In this document: piece after piece, positions 11,624 to 25,629 of the stretch
Position numbering within the stretch: position 1 is the stretch's first letter
Layout of the letters: each line of letters opens with the position of its first letter
Source: a bacterium
GTDB lineage: Bacteria > Zhuqueibacterota > Zhuqueibacteria > Oceanimicrobiales > Oceanimicrobiaceae
Direction: 5' to 3'
NCBI GenBank assembly: GCA_046757525.1
Contig: JBHHYI010000001.1
Coordinates: 31,073-95,072 of the forward strand
Length of the DNA: 64,000 nt
The notes under the pieces: generated by a model
What the model was told of the DNA's origin: nothing
Databases searched by the model: none
The model's input: only the letters and a program-made list of their open reading frames with translations
Translations under genes and position numbers: made by a program

Positions 11624-12316
11624 ATGGAGAAGTCAATGAGTAATCTTGCGAACAATCGAGTCACCCTGGCTCAAGTTAAAACAGACCCCCAAATTCAAGC
11701 CTACATCAAAAGAGCGGATGAATACTTGGGCATAAGCGGATACACCGAACATGGCAAACGGCATTGCGGTCTGGTCGCCAAATTCGCTTACGATATCTTA
11801 ACCCAATTGGGCTTTCCTGAACGCGACGCCGAACTCTCGGCCATCGCTGGGTATTTGCACGACATCGGCAACGTATTCAGCAGAAAGAGCCATGCTTACA
11901 CGGGAGCCGTGCTTGCGCACACTTTGCTGAAAGACCTGAACATGGATATGGATGAAATCACGGAAATCGTTGCCGCCATTGGAGGCCACGATGACGATGG
12001 GTGTGAACCTGTAAGCCGCATTGCCGCCGGGCTGGTACTGGCGGATAAATCCGACGTCCATCGCTCTCGGGTAAGAAATCCCGACATGATCAAATTTGAC
12101 ATCCACGACCGAGTCAACTATGCCGTGGAAAAATCGAAACTCAGGGTTGATCGAGAGCACAAAACCATCAGCCTGGAACTTGAGATTGATTTGAATATCT
12201 CATCTGTCATGGAGTATTTTGAAATCTTCCTCAACCGCATGTTGTATTGTAAGCGGGCTGCCAATTTTTTGGCCTGCACGTTCAGCCTGGTGGTCAACGA
12301 AAACCGTCTACTTTAA
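11624..12316 (+). CDS. HD-domain phosphohydrolase
   Basis: H...HDIG motif (YLHDIGN). Confidence 0.6.
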   Translation: MEKSMSNLANNRVTLAQVKTDPQIQAYIKRADEYLGISGYTEHGKRHCGLVAKFAYDILTQLGFPERDAELSAIAGYLHDIGNVFSRKSHAYTGAVLAHTLLKDLNMDMDEITEIVAAIGGHDDDGCEPVSRIAAGLVLADKSDVHRSRVRNPDMIKFDIHDRVNYAVEKSKLRVDREHKTISLELEIDLNISSVMEYFEIFLNRMLYCKRAANFLACTFSLVVNENRLL

Positions 12317-12403
12317 AGATCGCGTTTTGTTGTGCAAAAATAACTTGCAAATTATTTATAAATTTATTATAATAAAAGTACTTTGCTTAGGTATTGAAAC
12401 GAA

Positions 12404-12431
12404 AAGGGATAGCGATATCCCTTTTTATTTG
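12404..12431 (+). terminator. rho-independent terminator after the HD-domain gene
   Basis: aagggata-gcga-tatccctt stem (8 bp) followed by TTTATTT. Confidence 0.6.
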
Positions 12432-12547
12432 TTAAAGTGTTCTTTGAAATTTTCCTCACTGTTCTACCCTTTGGTCCCCGCGAACTCAGAATGTTGTGAA
12501 GGCATTCGAATTAATATGGTGATTAGGAAGGTGATGTTTTTATCGCA

Positions 12548-14068
12548 ATGAAAAAAGAGATCATAATTAATTCCACAGTTAGCGAGACGAGAATTTCCAT
12601 ATTAGAAGATGGCAGGTTGGCCGAACTTTTTGTTGAAAGGCCTGAAAATGAGAGAATGGTCGGTGACATCTACCTGGGTAAGGTGGTCAATGTGGTGTTG
12701 GGGCTGCAAGCCGCATTTGTCAACATTGGTCACCCTCAGGACGCTTTCTTGCATTTTTCTGATATAGGGAACGTTCTTGTGGATTACAAGGTATTTGCAG
12801 ACTTAAATGGTTCAAGGAATAATTCTCACGGAAAATATGGGAGGCCAGTTCCTAAAGAAGGGCAAGAAATCTTAGTACAAATCATTAAAGAACCTATCAA
12901 CAAAAAAGGTGCGAGGGTAACAACAGAAATTTCCATTCCTGGACGATTTTTGGTTTTGGTTCCTAAGTCAGACGCAGTAGGTGTGTCGAAAAAAATCAAT
13001 CGAGTTAAGGAAAAACGAAGGCTCAAAAAAATTGTGCGCGGGATCAAGCCTGACGGCTTCGGGTTAATCGTGAGAACAGTGGCGGAAAATCAAGATGAAA
13101 AAGCATTAAAAGCTGATTTGGATAACCTGATCAGGGAATGGAAAAAAATTCAAAAAAAACTCAGAGGCAAATCCCCTCCATCTTTGATTCACAAAGATAT
13201 CGCCATGGCTTCGAGCGTTATCCGAGACCTGTTCACCAGCGATGTTCAAAAATTGGTGTTGGATAACAAGAAATTGTACAAACAGATTTCTGGGTATCTT
13301 AAGGACGTTGCGCCGTCGTTGTACAACCGGGTTAAGTATTATGGCAATCACAAACCCATTTTTGACGCTTACGGCATTGAAGCAGATATTGAGAAGGGCC
13401 TCTCCCGCAAGGTCTGGACGCCAAGTGGGGGGTACATCATTTTTGATCACACGGAAGCGCTGGTTGCCGTGGACGTCAACAGCGGTAAGTTCCTCGGGCG
13501 CAAGGAACCTGAAGCAAACATTTTGAAAATCAATTTAGAAGCGGCCAAGGAAATTGCCCGGCAACTGCGCTTGCGCGACATGGGCGGGCTGATCATCATC
13601 GATTTTATCGACATGACGGATCCGGCCAACAAAAAGAAGCTTTACGAGCATTTCCGTCGTGAACTGCGAAAGGACCGCGCCCAGGCGAATATTACACCCA
13701 TCAGTGAATTTGGCTTGATCGAAATGACGCGCGAGCGGGTGAGGCCGAGTTTGCTTTATACTTTTAGCGAGTCTTGCCCCACTTGCGACGGTACCGGGCG
13801 GGTTGTGTCAAAAACGACGGTGCTGACGCGAATTGAGCGGGCGATTAAGCGACTCAAATCCGAGTGCAGAGAATGGTCTCTGCAGCTTGTTGTGCACCCT
13901 TCGATTGCGCACTATTTGACTTCCGGATTCAACAACAAGGTGCGCAGAATGATGTGGAAATATCGATTGAAAATTGAAGTTCTCAGGAACGACGGGTTAA
14001 GAACCGACCAGTTCAAAATAATCTTGAAAAAATCTCAACAAGAAGTCACAGACCAGTTCTTATCGTAA
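12548..14068 (+). CDS. rng: ribonuclease G/E family (RNase G)
   Basis: S1 domain, RNase E/G catalytic core and a CPxCxGxG zinc link (CPTCDGTG). 506 aa. Confidence 0.85.
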   Translation: MKKEIIINSTVSETRISILEDGRLAELFVERPENERMVGDIYLGKVVNVVLGLQAAFVNIGHPQDAFLHFSDIGNVLVDYKVFADLNGSRNNSHGKYGRPVPKEGQEILVQIIKEPINKKGARVTTEISIPGRFLVLVPKSDAVGVSKKINRVKEKRRLKKIVRGIKPDGFGLIVRTVAENQDEKALKADLDNLIREWKKIQKKLRGKSPPSLIHKDIAMASSVIRDLFTSDVQKLVLDNKKLYKQISGYLKDVAPSLYNRVKYYGNHKPIFDAYGIEADIEKGLSRKVWTPSGGYIIFDHTEALVAVDVNSGKFLGRKEPEANILKINLEAAKEIARQLRLRDMGGLIIIDFIDMTDPANKKKLYEHFRRELRKDRAQANITPISEFGLIEMTRERVRPSLLYTFSESCPTCDGTGRVVSKTTVLTRIERAIKRLKSECREWSLQLVVHPSIAHYLTSGFNNKVRRMMWKYRLKIEVLRNDGLRTDQFKIILKKSQQEVTDQFLS

Positions 14069-14117
14069 GCAGGATGCAGTCATCAAAACGAAATGTTCTT
14101 AACGGGAGGTAGATTGA

Positions 14118-14453
14118 ATGTATGCTATCGTTGATGTTGGTGGGGTCCAACTAAAGGTACGACAAGACGAGGAGGTCCTGGTTCCCAAGTTGGCTGGCGA
14201 AGTCGGCCAGGAAGTAGTATTTGACAAGGTCTTGTTCCTCTCTGACAAAGGCAAGACCAGGATTGGCCAACCGACGGTCAAGGGGGCCTCTGTTAAAGCA
14301 AAAATCCAGGGCGACGCCCGCGGCAAGAAGGTCATTGTTTTTAAGAAGAAAAGACGCAAGGGTTACAAAGTAAGAAGGGGGCATCGTCAGGAATACACGG
14401 CGGTGACCGTTGAAAGCATCAATACCAAGGCAGCCCAAAAGGAGGCAAAATAA
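14118..14453 (+). CDS. rplU: 50S ribosomal protein L21
   Basis: [15 protein letters not shown]-terminus. Confidence 0.95.
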   Translation: MYAIVDVGGVQLKVRQDEEVLVPKLAGEVGQEVVFDKVLFLSDKGKTRIGQPTVKGASVKAKIQGDARGKKVIVFKKKRRKGYKVRRGHRQEYTAVTVESINTKAAQKEAK

Positions 14454-14456
14454 GAG

Positions 14457-14714
14457 ATGGCACATAAGAAAGGTGTAGGCAGCTCCAAAAATGGTCGGGA
14501 CAGCAGGCCGCAATTTTTGGGGGTGAAGAGATTTGATGGCCAGCATGTGTCCGCAGGTAGCATTTTGGTACGCCAAAGAGGCACGCGGTTTCATCCCGGC
14601 CACAATGTTGGATTGGGCAAAGACGACACGTTGTTTGCCAAGGCCGACGGAATTGTGAAATTTCAGAGGCAGGGTCGTTACAAGAAAAGGGTCAGTGTGT
14701 TGCCCGCCAAATGA
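14457..14714 (+). CDS. rpmA: 50S ribosomal protein L27
   Basis: [17 protein letters not shown]-terminus. Confidence 0.95.
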   Translation: MAHKKGVGSSKNGRDSRPQFLGVKRFDGQHVSAGSILVRQRGTRFHPGHNVGLGKDDTLFAKADGIVKFQRQGRYKKRVSVLPAK

Positions 14715-14731
14715 CGTAAAACAACTCATAA

Positions 14732-15769
<1,038 letters not shown>

Positions 15770-15796
15770 CCGGATTCTGATAGCAAGTCATGTTAC

Positions 15797-15826
15797 AAAA
15801 GCGGCACATCGCCGCTTTTTTTTGTA
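15797..15826 (+). terminator. rho-independent terminator after mdh
   Basis: aaaagcggc-acatc-gccgctttt stem followed by TTTTTTTTG. Confidence 0.7.
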
Positions 15827-15880
15827 TTTTGAATAAAAATACCTGTTTACAAAAACTATGCCAGGCCTTCTAATTTAACC

Positions 15881-15909
15881 TTGACAATCAGTACGAATTG
15901 TTTTATATT
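15881..15909 (+). promoter_or_regulatory. sigma-70-like promoter upstream of gatC
   Basis: TTGACA, 17-nt spacer, TATATT. Confidence 0.5.
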
Positions 15910-15957
15910 TAGCAGAACCTGTGGGAGCCTCTATTCCCATGTGCAGGAGGAAGTGGC

Positions 15958-17909
<1,952 letters not shown>

Positions 17910-17979
17910 TGATGTCAGCTCATCACTGTTGCAGAATTGAAAAAAACCAATTCTGGCCGATATTAGAGAGAGTGGAAAC

Positions 17980-18567
17980 TTGATTACCCGATTTTCATAT
18001 TGCCTCACTTTGGTGCTGTTTATTTTTTCTTGTCATTCTCAAGAAGATGTGTCTTCTAATGCACCGGAGTTGACCGAACTGCCGGCTCAGGAAGGGTGGA
18101 ACTCCACGTTGACAACCACCAGTCAAGGAAAATTTCAAGCGGTCATAAAGTTCGAACATATGGAAAAATTTACGAAGAAAAAAGTTACCCAATTTGATCA
18201 AGGCGTTGAGATCGATTTTTACGATGACAGCGGAGCACATTCGTCAAAGGTCTACGCTGAGAATGCTACCCTGAACGACAGGAGCAAAAACGTGGAATTG
18301 GGTGGGCGTGTGGAGGTGCATGGCGACAACGGCATCATCCTGAGAACGGAAAAACTGCTTTGGAACGAAGCCAAGGGTTCCATGTCTTCAGACGAATATG
18401 TTACCATCATCACGGCGGAGAACGATTCGATGTATGGCTATGGTTTCGAATCCGGGCAGTCTTTGGAAAATTGGACCATTAGCAAGCCGTGGGGCGCCAG
18501 CCCGAAAAAGTTGAACACTGAGGCGTTGGACAAAACCACAGAATCCAACCATGGTAGCCAGAATTAG
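17980..18567 (+). CDS. LptC-like lipopolysaccharide export protein
   Basis: Signal/lipobox N-terminus, about 190 aa. Sits in the conserved position upstream of the lptA-like, lptB and rpoN genes. Confidence 0.5.
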   Translation: MITRFSYCLTLVLFIFSCHSQEDVSSNAPELTELPAQEGWNSTLTTTSQGKFQAVIKFEHMEKFTKKKVTQFDQGVEIDFYDDSGAHSSKVYAENATLNDRSKNVELGGRVEVHGDNGIILRTEKLLWNEAKGSMSSDEYVTIITAENDSMYGYGFESGQSLENWTISKPWGASPKKLNTEALDKTTESNHGSQN

Positions 18568-19633
18568 TTTGCCATTGTTGATGCTGCTCTTGCTCGACAT
18601 TCCGTTGGGACACACCCAGGAAGGTCGATTGCGCTATCGGGCTGATGTGTTCAAACGGGAGCGCGTGGGTCGACAGGTACTGCAGATTTTTGAAGGGCAC
18701 GTGAGATTTGAGCAGAATCAAACGAAAATAAGCTGTGACAAAGCCGTTCAGTATGTGGGTCTGGGCAAGACCATTCTGAGCGGTACGGTCGAGATCAATG
18801 ACAAGAACCGCACCTTGTTTGCCGATACCGTTTACTTTTATGATCGGGTGAAAATGGAGGTTGCAGTCGGCAAGGTGCGTGTGGTGGCTGATGCGGACAC
18901 GACCACGGGGAACCGCATGACATACTACGAGGCCCAGGACAGTCTGGTGTCCGAGGGTGACGTCGAAGTGATCAGCCCCAAAGAACAGACGCGGCTAACG
19001 GGTGGCTATCTCAGTTACAATAGAGCCAGCGGGGCTGGCATGGTGTTAAAAAATCCGGTTTTGATTCAATACGACAGTCTGAACACTGAGATGATGCGCA
19101 TTGTCAGTGACACCTTGGAGACTTTTGAGGGAGGCAGCCATGTTCGAGCAATTCACAACGTCGACATAAAGCAGGCAGGCATTGAAGCGACCTGCGGAAA
19201 GGCGGATTACTTCAAACCGCACGGTCTGGTAGTATTGCGGGACCATCCCAGGGCCTGGCAACGGAATCAACAAATCTCAGGCGACACGTTGGAAATCTAT
19301 TTGAAAGAGTCAAAACTGCAGCGTGCAAGGGCGTTAGGCCACGCGATCACCACCTCTGATGCCGACACTTTGAACAAGGGGCGTTGGGTCAACAAGTTGA
19401 CGGGTCAGCGCATCGATTTGTACTTTGTTGACGAAAAGCTCGAGAAAGTCATTGTAGCGGACCAGGCTACCAGCGTTTATCATATCATAGAAGACGATCA
19501 GTACAAAGGTGCTAACGAGGTTTCCGGGGACCAGATCACGCTGTTTTTGTCCGCAAAAGGCGCGGTGAGCCGGATTCATGTTGAAAGCAGTCCTGGAAGT
19601 TCTAATGGAAAATACAAACCGCCGAGCATTTGA
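18551..19633 (+). CDS. OstA/LptA-family periplasmic protein
   Basis: Signal peptide and beta-jellyroll-like repeats. Synteny with lptB-rpoN. Overlaps the previous gene by 17 nt. Confidence 0.5.
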   Translation: MVARISLPLLMLLLLDIPLGHTQEGRLRYRADVFKRERVGRQVLQIFEGHVRFEQNQTKISCDKAVQYVGLGKTILSGTVEINDKNRTLFADTVYFYDRVKMEVAVGKVRVVADADTTTGNRMTYYEAQDSLVSEGDVEVISPKEQTRLTGGYLSYNRASGAGMVLKNPVLIQYDSLNTEMMRIVSDTLETFEGGSHVRAIHNVDIKQAGIEATCGKADYFKPHGLVVLRDHPRAWQRNQQISGDTLEIYLKESKLQRARALGHAITTSDADTLNKGRWVNKLTGQRIDLYFVDEKLEKVIVADQATSVYHIIEDDQYKGANEVSGDQITLFLSAKGAVSRIHVESSPGSSNGKYKPPSI

Positions 19634-21042
19634 AAATAAATTCAATGGTTCGAGAACACGATGGGCACAAATACTCATTCTTAAACCAGAATAAAGAGCA
19701 AGGTGATTCCCAGGAATATCGATTGGCTCCAGATTATTTGACGGCGACTTATGACAAATTGCTCAAGACTACGGAAGAAGAAGTCGGCCGATTGGTCGTA
19801 ATCAGTGATGACGATGAGTGCCGGAAATCTTTCATCTCGCTGTTGACCGGCGGATATTATGCCTCGAAGAAGATCGAGCTCATACAGTCGAAATACATTG
19901 AATTAGGGAAGGTCATAACGCACAACAAGAACAAGCTGGAGATATTCGGGATTTCTGTTGAACGGAGGTTCTTGCAAAAGTTAGAACGGATGGCAGAGAG
20001 CCTGGTTGGGTACATTCTCTTGATTGGTACCAAGAAAGCTTACGACAAAATGAGCTACTTGGGATATTTAATGAATACTCTCAGAAAGAACATCGAGGTG
20101 CCTTATGTGGTGGCGTTTGACCGTTCCCGGGACCCGCGCGGCAAGCACGTGCCGTTCATTCAACACGCTTTGCGATTAGATGAGCAGGAGCCATTTGTGG
20201 AATTCGACATACACAAAATTGCCAGTGTGAATCGTTTGTTACATGAGCTTATACCAGCTACTACCACGATGAAGATGCCAAAGACTCAAGATAGAACCCG
20301 AGAAGAAGCCCCTCCGGCCAGGTTAAGGTCGGAAAACCTGGTTAAAATTTACAAGAAGCGCAAGGTTGTAACCGGGGTCAGCGTCGAATTGAAGCAGGGG
20401 GAAATCGTTGGTTTGCTGGGACCGAACGGTGCAGGCAAAACCACAACCTTTTACATGATCACTGGCATGGTCCGGGCCAATGCGGGCAGAATATTCATCG
20501 ATGATCGGGACATTACGACCTTGCCCATGTACAAACGCGCCCGCCTGGGGATCGGTTATCTCTCGCAGGAACCTTCCATTTTCAGGAGGCTCACAGTTGA
20601 GCAGAATATCATGGCTATCCTTGAGACCATGCACCTTTCCAAAAAGGAACGCAGGAATCGCCTGGCAGAGCTGTTGGAAGAGTTGAACATTGCCCCCTTA
20701 GCCAAAAACAAGGCCTACACGCTTTCCGGCGGAGAACGTCGACGCGTGGAAATAACCCGGGCGCTGGTGACTAAGCCCAAATTCATGTTGCTCGACGAGC
20801 CCTTTGCTGGTGTGGATCCAATCGCTGTGGAAGAAATCCAAGAGATTATTCAGAAGTTGAAGCTCAGGGGCATCGGGGTGCTCGTTACAGATCACAACGT
20901 CTATGAGACGCTTTCCATTACCGATCGCGCCTATCTGATGTACGAGGGGGTTGTGCTAAAGTCTGGCACCGCGCAGTTCTTAGCCAGCGATCCCGAAGCC
21001 ATTAAACTGTACTTAGGAGAAAAGTTTCGATTGGATCGTTAG
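19630..21042 (+). CDS. lptB: LPS export ABC ATPase LptB with an about 230-aa N-terminal Ras-like pseudo-GTPase extension
   Basis: The C-terminal about 240 aa is canonical LptB (GPNGAGKTT Walker [12 protein letters not shown] signature, [10 protein letters not shown] Walker B). The frame stays open for about 700 nt upstream. Confidence 0.85.
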   Translation: MKINSMVREHDGHKYSFLNQNKEQGDSQEYRLAPDYLTATYDKLLKTTEEEVGRLVVISDDDECRKSFISLLTGGYYASKKIELIQSKYIELGKVITHNKNKLEIFGISVERRFLQKLERMAESLVGYILLIGTKKAYDKMSYLGYLMNTLRKNIEVPYVVAFDRSRDPRGKHVPFIQHALRLDEQEPFVEFDIHKIASVNRLLHELIPATTTMKMPKTQDRTREEAPPARLRSENLVKIYKKRKVVTGVSVELKQGEIVGLLGPNGAGKTTTFYMITGMVRANAGRIFIDDRDITTLPMYKRARLGIGYLSQEPSIFRRLTVEQNIMAILETMHLSKKERRNRLAELLEELNIAPLAKNKAYTLSGGERRRVEITRALVTKPKFMLLDEPFAGVDPIAVEEIQEIIQKLKLRGIGVLVTDHNVYETLSITDRAYLMYEGVVLKSGTAQFLASDPEAIKLYLGEKFRLDR

Positions 21043-21092
21043 GCAGATGCCATTGAATGGTGTTTGATTGAATATCAGGAGAACCCGATAGC

Positions 21093-22538
21093 ATGGTAAA
21101 TTTAGTTCAAAGACTTAGCATGCAGCTAAAACAGTCGCCTCAACAGGTGCTGTTATCTTCTCTACTCCAACTTCCACTATTGAGCCTGGAGCAAAAACTA
21201 AAATATGAGCTGGAGATGAACCCGTTGCTTGAAATCGATGAAGAGATAGAAGTAGCAGAGGAAATGCAAGAAGAACCTGAACTGAATGCTGAGCTGGACG
21301 ACAAGGATCAAAGCACAGATGGGGAATTGGAGCCAAGCGAAGATGCCACCGATGATTTCGACAAAAATGAAGTTGACTGGGATGCCATATTGAATGATGA
21401 AGACAATTATGAGTTTCGCATGCCGAGAGACCATAGCGCCGAGATATTTGAACGGCCAGAAGTGGCGCAAACCACCCTGCCGGAGCACCTTTTAAGTCAG
21501 CTTCATCTGATAGATTTATCTGAGGAGGAAACGGCGATTGGGGAATATATTATCTGGAACATCAACGAAGACGGCTACCTGTCTGTTTCGCTGGAACTCA
21601 TAGCCGAAAACCTGGACCAGCCTATTGATAAGATCGAAAAGGTTTTAAGTGTAGTTCAACAACTTGATCCCGTAGGCATTGGAGCCAGGAACCTGCAAGA
21701 GTGTCTGCTCATTCAAATGCTCGACAGGAATCCGGAAGATCACATCGCCATCACCATTTTGCGCGAGCACTTCGAAGATTTTACCAACAAACGCTTTGAA
21801 AAGATCACCAAGAAAATGAATATCACGCTGGATGACATCCGTAGAGCCATGGATGAGATCACCAAACTAAACCCGAAACCCGGTGAAGGCTATGTCACCT
21901 ACCACCAGAATGTCATCATCCCCGATTTGGTCGTAGAGAGGGAGGACGGTGAGTTCAAAATCGTCATGAACGACTGGAACGTTCCCCACCTGAGGATCAA
22001 TAATTCTTACAAGCGGCTGTTGTTAGATAAGAAGCATACTTCCAAGGACACCAAGGACTACATTCGGCAAAGCCTGGAGTCTGCTCGCTGGTTGATCAAT
22101 TCAATCCATCAAAGGCGGGCGACGATCTTGCGCGTCATGGAAGCCATCATCGACAAACAAAGGCCATTCTTCGAAAGGGGCAAGGATTATCTTAAGCCGA
22201 TGATTTTGAAGGATATCGCAGATGAGATTGGCATGGATATCTCTACCATCAGCCGGGTCACCAACGGCAAGTATGTTCAGACCGAACATGGTGTGTTCGA
22301 GCTAAAATACTTCTTTAGCGAAAGAATCAAAAGCGGTACCGGCGAGGATGTCTCCAACAAGAAAATAAAAGGCTTGATTAAGGAAATGATTGCCCAAGAG
22401 GATCCGCACAAGCCATTAAACGATCAAAAGATTGCGGAGATGTTGAAGACCGAGGGCTTCAGTGTGGCGCGCAGAACTGTTGCAAAGTACCGTGAGCAAA
22501 TGATGATCCCGGTATCCCGTCTGAGGAGGAAGATTTAA
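21093..22538 (+). CDS. rpoN: RNA polymerase sigma-54 factor
   Basis: N-terminal Q/L-rich activator-interacting region and an RpoN box (ARRTVAKYRE) at the C-terminus. Confidence 0.9.
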   Translation: MVNLVQRLSMQLKQSPQQVLLSSLLQLPLLSLEQKLKYELEMNPLLEIDEEIEVAEEMQEEPELNAELDDKDQSTDGELEPSEDATDDFDKNEVDWDAILNDEDNYEFRMPRDHSAEIFERPEVAQTTLPEHLLSQLHLIDLSEEETAIGEYIIWNINEDGYLSVSLELIAENLDQPIDKIEKVLSVVQQLDPVGIGARNLQECLLIQMLDRNPEDHIAITILREHFEDFTNKRFEKITKKMNITLDDIRRAMDEITKLNPKPGEGYVTYHQNVIIPDLVVEREDGEFKIVMNDWNVPHLRINNSYKRLLLDKKHTSKDTKDYIRQSLESARWLINSIHQRRATILRVMEAIIDKQRPFFERGKDYLKPMILKDIADEIGMDISTISRVTNGKYVQTEHGVFELKYFFSERIKSGTGEDVSNKKIKGLIKEMIAQEDPHKPLNDQKIAEMLKTEGFSVARRTVAKYREQMMIPVSRLRRKI

Positions 22539-22701
22539 CCTGAATAATCCACTTCAAAAACTGAGTTTTTAAGTGAAAATTGCACGGTATTTAAGTTGTT
22601 TGACATGGGGATGTCATTATTACCAAAAAAATAATAAATTACCAGAAAAACTCAGTTTTTTGGGTTAGGTTAAATAAGACTTCTATAAATTATTCAGGTT
22701 A
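22537..22701. promoter_or_regulatory. nested inverted repeats in the rpoN-hslV intergenic region
   Basis: Outer inverted repeat aacctgaataat (22537-22548) / attattcaggtt (22689-22700). Two copies of AAAAAC-TGA/TCA-GTTTTT (22556-22570 and 22646-22660). Central tgacat-gggg-atgtca palindrome (22601-22616). Confidence 0.4.
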
Positions 22702-22709
22702 AGTCAAAA

Positions 22710-23249
22710 ATGGATCGCAATAGGATTAGAAGCACAACCATCTTGGCCGTGCAGCACAAAGACAAAGCGGCTATCGGAGGCGATGGGCAGGTGACCTTTG
22801 GCGAGTCTGTCTTAAAAATGCACGCAAAGAAGGTGCGGAGAATGTACAAGGATGCGGTTGTGGCTGGCTTTGCCGGCGCCTCTGCCGATGCCATCACGCT
22901 GTTTGAAAAGTTTGAAAACCGTCTTGAAATGTACGGCGGCAACCTGAGCCGCGCCGCGGTAGAACTGGCGAAAGAATGGCGTACCGATCGGTATCTCAGG
23001 AGGCTGGAAGCGCAGCTCATCGTGATGAACCGAGATGGGTTGTTTCTCATCTCCGGGACCGGGGACGTGGTGGAACCCGACGACAACGTGATTGCCATCG
23101 GTACAGGGGCAGGCTACGCCATGGCTGCCGCTCGCGCTTTGATTCGGCATTCTGAGCTGGACGCAAAAAACATCGTGCAAGAATCGTTGCAAATTGCTTC
23201 AGACATTTGTATTTATACGAACTCGAACTTGATCGTCGAAGAACTCTGA
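22710..23249 (+). CDS. hslV: ATP-dependent protease subunit HslV
   Basis: TTILAV...GDGQVTFG N-terminal threonine protease motif. Confidence 0.9.
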   Translation: MDRNRIRSTTILAVQHKDKAAIGGDGQVTFGESVLKMHAKKVRRMYKDAVVAGFAGASADAITLFEKFENRLEMYGGNLSRAAVELAKEWRTDRYLRRLEAQLIVMNRDGLFLISGTGDVVEPDDNVIAIGTGAGYAMAAARALIRHSELDAKNIVQESLQIASDICIYTNSNLIVEEL

Positions 23250-23264
23250 TTAAGGAATTGCTCA

Positions 23265-24632
23265 ATGCGTGATATCAAGGAATTCACCCCAAGGCAAATT
23301 GTTGAACAATTAGATAAGTACATCATTGGTCAGGACAAGGCCAAGAAGTCGGTTGCGATTGCCTTGAGAAATCGCTGGCGCAGGTTGCAGGTGCCTGAAA
23401 AGCTGCAAGAAGAAATCATGCCCAACAACATCATCTTGATCGGGCCGACCGGGGTTGGGAAAACGGAAATAGCGCGCCGACTGGCCCGTCTGGCAAATGC
23501 TCCTTTCGTTAAAGTAGAAGCTTCAAAGTTTACCGAAGTGGGCTACGTGGGGCGGGATGTGGAATCCATGATCCGCGAACTCACCGATTTAGCCGTCTCC
23601 ATGGTCAAATCTGAAAAGACCGAACAGGTGCAGGCATTAGCTCGAAAACATGCCAATGAACGTCTGTTGGACATCCTATTGCCCGTCCGTAAAAGCAAAG
23701 CCCGTGTGGGTTATGAAAACAACGATGAAGAAAGCCCCGAAGAAAGGTACCAGCGTTCGCGTGAGAAATTCAAGAAACAATTGGAAGACGGCGATCTGGA
23801 AGACCGCATGGTCGAACTGGACGTAAGTAGTGAACAATTCCCTTTGATGCAAATCATCTCCCCTATGGGCGTTGAAGAAATGGGGGTCAATCTGCAAGAA
23901 ATCTTTGGGGGCATGATGCCCAAAAAGTCGAAGCGACGGAAAATGAAGATTACGGATGCCCGAAACCACTTGATTCAGGAGGAAGCGCAAAAACTCATCG
24001 ACATGGATCAGGTGGTTCAGGAGGCCATAAATAGAGTACAAAATGCGGGGATTGTGTTCCTGGATGAAATAGACAAGATTGCCGGCAGCGATTCCGGCAA
24101 AAGCGGTCCCGATGTCTCCCGGGAAGGGGTTCAGCGGGATTTGTTGCCCGTGGTGGAAGGCACCAGCGTTTTTACAAAGTATGGCATGGTGAAAACGGAT
24201 CATATTCTTTTCATTGCTTCCGGGGCTTTTCATCTTTCCAAGCCTTCAGATCTGATTCCGGAACTCCAGGGCCGATTTCCCATTCGGGTCGAGCTTGCAA
24301 GCCTGACGGCCGATGATTTTGTGCGCATTCTTACCGAGCCGGAAAACGCGTTGGTCGAGCAATACAAGGCCTTGTTGAAATCAGAGAATGTGGACCTGGT
24401 CTTTACCAATGGTGCTGTTCGTGAAATCGCGAACATTGCCAGCCAGGTCAACGAGAGGACGGAAAACATCGGGGCGCGCAGACTTCATACCGTGTTGACC
24501 GCTTTGTTAGAAGAGGTGCTTTTTGAGTTGCCCGATGCAAAAATCAAAAAGGTAGAAATCAACAAAGAAAAAGTACGGGAGACGTTGAGCGAGATCGTAG
24601 AGGACGAAGATTTAAGTCGCTATATTTTGTAG
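23265..24632 (+). CDS. hslU: ATP-dependent protease ATPase subunit HslU
   Basis: [21 protein letters not shown] and a [15 protein letters not shown] Walker A. Confidence 0.95.
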   Translation: MRDIKEFTPRQIVEQLDKYIIGQDKAKKSVAIALRNRWRRLQVPEKLQEEIMPNNIILIGPTGVGKTEIARRLARLANAPFVKVEASKFTEVGYVGRDVESMIRELTDLAVSMVKSEKTEQVQALARKHANERLLDILLPVRKSKARVGYENNDEESPEERYQRSREKFKKQLEDGDLEDRMVELDVSSEQFPLMQIISPMGVEEMGVNLQEIFGGMMPKKSKRRKMKITDARNHLIQEEAQKLIDMDQVVQEAINRVQNAGIVFLDEIDKIAGSDSGKSGPDVSREGVQRDLLPVVEGTSVFTKYGMVKTDHILFIASGAFHLSKPSDLIPELQGRFPIRVELASLTADDFVRILTEPENALVEQYKALLKSENVDLVFTNGAVREIANIASQVNERTENIGARRLHTVLTALLEEVLFELPDAKIKKVEINKEKVRETLSEIVEDEDLSRYIL

Positions 24633-24717
24633 TTGTTGAACGCCGTCGAATTTTGACCGTTTGCAATTCGCAAGAAAAGAACCGCCAGATTTACTGCTTG
24701 TGAAAGGAGTCCCACCG

Positions 24718-25629
24718 TTGCAAAAGCATTTCTTGTCAATCGCTGAGCTAAGCAGAGATGAAATATTTGAGATCTTTGATCTGGCCCGAGATTTAAAGAA
24801 CAGACAAAAGCGCGGCCAGGAGCACAAAATACTGGCTGGCAAGACTCTGGCCATGATTTTTCAAAAGCCTTCTGCGCGAACGCGCGTTTCTTTTGAAGTC
24901 GGCATGTTTCAATTGGGCGGGCATGCGCTCTACTTGGGCCCCAACGACATTCAGATTGGCAAGCGGGAGTCTATTAGTGACGTTGCCCGCACGCTTTCCC
25001 GTTTTGTGGACATCATCATGGCCAGGATGTTTGGGCACGCCGATATCGTTGAATTAGCCGAATTCGCTTCCGTTCCCGTGATCAATGGACTCACCGACCT
25101 GTTACACCCGTGTCAAATCATGGCCGATCTTTTCACCATATTGGAACACCGGCAGCAGTTAGAGGATTTGAAAATAACGTATATTGGCGACGGCAACAAT
25201 GTAGCCAATTCCTGGCTCAACATGGCCACCAGGGTGCCCATGACGCTCAATCTCGCCATCCCTGAAGAGTACGATCCTCCTGAGGAGATTCTGGCGCAGG
25301 CTACATCGAGCGAGATCAGCCACGTGCAAATTTTCAGGAATCCGGCGGAGGCCTGTGAGGGCTGTCACGTCCTGTACACAGACGTGTGGGCTAGCATGGG
25401 TCAGGAAGCCGAAGCCGAGCAGAGAAAGAAGGCGTTCCGGGATTTTCAAGTCAACCAGGCGTTGCTGCAGCGTGCCGATCCCAAGTGCCTGGTCATGCAT
25501 TGTTTGCCGGCCCACCGAGGGGAAGAGATCACCGACGAGGTGATCGAAGGTCCCCGTTCGGTCGTTTTCGATGAAGCTGAAAACCGGCTGCACGTTCAAA
25601 AAGCCATTTTGGTTAAGCTTTTAGAATGA
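24718..25629 (+). CDS. argF: ornithine carbamoyltransferase-family protein (OTC/AOTC/SOTC not distinguished)
   Basis: STRTRVSFE carbamoyl-phosphate motif and HCLPAHRGEE. Start placed at the TTG at 24718, preceded by an aaaggag RBS. The longer ORF in the track begins at 24661. Confidence 0.8.
   Translation: MQKHFLSIAELSRDEIFEIFDLARDLKNRQKRGQEHKILAGKTLAMIFQKPSARTRVSFEVGMFQLGGHALYLGPNDIQIGKRESISDVARTLSRFVDIIMARMFGHADIVELAEFASVPVINGLTDLLHPCQIMADLFTILEHRQQLEDLKITYIGDGNNVANSWLNMATRVPMTLNLAIPEEYDPPEEILAQATSSEISHVQIFRNPAEACEGCHVLYTDVWASMGQEAEAEQRKKAFRDFQVNQALLQRADPKCLVMHCLPAHRGEEITDEVIEGPRSVVFDEAENRLHVQKAILVKLLE

Noticed and set aside
17935-17958. cagaattg-aaaaaaac-caattctg hairpin after pyrG as a terminator
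   Set aside because: There is a perfect 8-bp stem but no downstream U-run. It may be an attenuator or binding site, but a terminator call is not supported.
24633-24717. Possible ARG box upstream of argF (ttgcaattcgcaa)
   Set aside because: Only a partial match to the TNTGAATWWWWATTCANW consensus. Not convincing without comparative data.
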